Assembly: GCA_951406725.2 (NCBI GenBank)
Contig: OX597834.1
Location: 30,752,001-30,816,000 of the forward strand
Length of the DNA: 64,000 nt
From: Octopus vulgaris
Lineage: Eukaryota
Reading direction: 5' to 3'
Shown here: positions 62,019 to 64,000 of the stretch, in pieces
How the letters are laid out: every line of letters begins with the position of its first letter
Position numbering within the stretch: the first letter of the stretch is position 1
The notes under the pieces: generated by a model
Databases searched by the model: none
Told to the model about the DNA's origin: nothing
What the model saw: the letters and a program-made list of their open reading frames with translations, nothing else
Program-made: the position numbers and the translations under genes

Positions 62019-64000
62019 GGTTTTTTTTGCCAAACCGTTTGACAGCCGCTGTTTGTTTGTTTATGTCCCCGTAACTAAGCGTTTCGGCAAAAGGGATCGA
62101 TAGTATAAGTACTAGACTTAAGAAAAAAAAATACTGAGGTAATTTCGTTCGACTAAACCCGTCAAGGCGGTGCCCCAGCATGACCGCGGTTCAGCGATGA
62201 TGGTAAGTTAGATCAGCTGCAGCCGATCCAACTGAAAAGATGATTTTGTAGCAGACCAACGATGTGATAGAAATATAAAGTCGAAGGTGACTGGCTGGAT
62301 TCGAACTCGATCACTAATCAGCAAAACTATTGCTCAGTGCGTTACCACCTGCGCCACGCTTACAGAGCTGATAGTTCTGCCACAATAAATTGTTTTAAGA
62401 TCTATTGTTAGGGTCTCAAATTTTGGCAGACGATCAAGAATTTTAGGGAGTGGGGTTTAGTTACATCTTTTGCTTGTCTCGGTCAATGGACTGCGGTCTT
62501 GCTGGGGCCATTACATTGAAGGGGTTTGGTGGAACAAATCAATCTCAGTGTTTGTGTTTTATTATTATTATTTTTTTTTTTTTTCAAGTCTGGTATTTAC
62601 TCTAAGGGTCTCTTTCGCCGAATCACTAAGTTATGGGGTCGTAAACAAACCAGCAATGATCGTCAAGCGGTGGAGACGCACACATACGTGTATGTATGTG
62701 TGTGTGTGTGTGAAGGCACCTGGCTTGGTGGTTAGGGCATTCGGTTCACGATCTTAAGGTCATGAGTTCAATTCCCTGCTGCATGTTGTATCCTTGAGCA
62801 AGACACTTCATTTCACATTGCTCCAGTCCGCTCAGCTGACAAAAAGTGAGTTGTACCTGTATTTCAAAAGGCAAGTTTTGTCACATTCTGTGTGTCTCCC
62901 TGAGAACTACTTTGTCTTTTGGTACATGAAATAAGTGAGATGTAATTGCAAATAGCAAGAAGGGGCCTTATGAATATATTGTTCCAATAGTAGAGAGACT
63001 TTTAGCAACAATTATTTTGCCGAGTGGACTTAAGCTTTTCCGGTTCCTTAGCCTTCAGCATTCAGGCCCCTATCCATAATACTGTTGCATTAGAAGCAGG
63101 GCACATTTTTGAATCCCTTTAAAAATGTAGGGTGGTGGGAAGCGCATCTTGTACGCAGCCAAATACGGTAATCTATACAGATAACGGCTGTTGCTTTTTT
63201 AATCCCAGGTCAGTCCTGATTGGGCAAGATACATGATCAAAGATATTCTAGCTGTCATCATTCCGTCTGTTTAGGGCGGAAGAATACGTATGGCTACTTT
63301 AGCTAACGTGTCTTCGACTTATAAAGAGTAGAGTGTAAAACACCAACATATATACCTTTTATTTATATTGTGTATAGAAAACAAGCAACGAAACTAGCTG
63401 CAGCATTTTCAATCAAAGAGGCGTTGAGCAGGCGGACTCGTTAGCACGCCAGGCAAAAAAAAAAAAAAGCTTAGGGCCATTTTGTCTGCCTTAACGTTCT
63501 GAGTTCAAATTCCACTGAGTTTGACTTTGCCTTTTTTCTCTTTCGAGGTCGATAAAAGAAGTACCAGTGAAACACTGGGAGCTGATGTAATCGAATTATC
63601 GTCTCACTGGAAATTGCTGGCCTTGCGCCAAAATTTGAAACCAATATTTTGTCTCGAGAAAACTTGTTTAAAGAGACTTTTGTGTCAGAAACAGAGGACT
63701 TCGCTCAGAATGCCGGTGGATCGGCGACATTTTAATAAAAGTACACTTTGCTGCTATTTCTAGTAGGTCTAGAAACCACATAAAGAGACCTTAAAGTGGT
63801 GTCTATTTTCTTACCGAATTTCATGGCAAAAAGGACCAGACTCCGCGCCATCCACCAAAAGATATCTCAAAAATTTACTTCAGGTCCCATATGCGAAGTA
63901 GAGCTCCTATGAGCTGATTTTGTCCCTGACACACTACTTACAGGCTAACTTTAAACCAGATAATCTCTTCTACCAAGCCTGACCCCGCAATATGTCACTA

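Overview
AT-rich, repeat-dense eukaryotic DNA. The SINE families, microsatellite load and C2H2 zinc-finger relic suggest a coleoid cephalopod, probably Octopus (inference). Two real genes are supported. (1) The first three coding exons of a minus-strand CNK/CNKSR scaffold gene (SAM + CRIC domains) lie at 39584-39509, 4292-4129 and 1193-964, with a 35.2-kb first intron; the gene continues off the left edge. (2) An intact, intronless plus-strand NSE4/NSMCE4A (SMC5/6 kleisin) ORF lies at 53625-54680. The rest is mobile DNA and simple repeats: three tRNA-headed SINE families, an RTE-tailed repeat, R4/Dong-, RTE-, Tx1- and HERO-like LINE fragments, mariner/Tc1 relics, hAT, piggyBac and other MITEs, a Helitron, Penelope-type hammerhead motifs and a shattered zinc-finger pseudogene. 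Most notable: a SINE that forms ~185-bp head-to-tail multimers with the same junction at four independent loci (apparent self-targeting); a templated, inverted copy of sequence from 29 kb away inside a TSD-flanked SINE; and a near-perfect type I hammerhead ribozyme on the transcribed strand of the CNK intron. Family and clade names come from motif recognition, not database searches.
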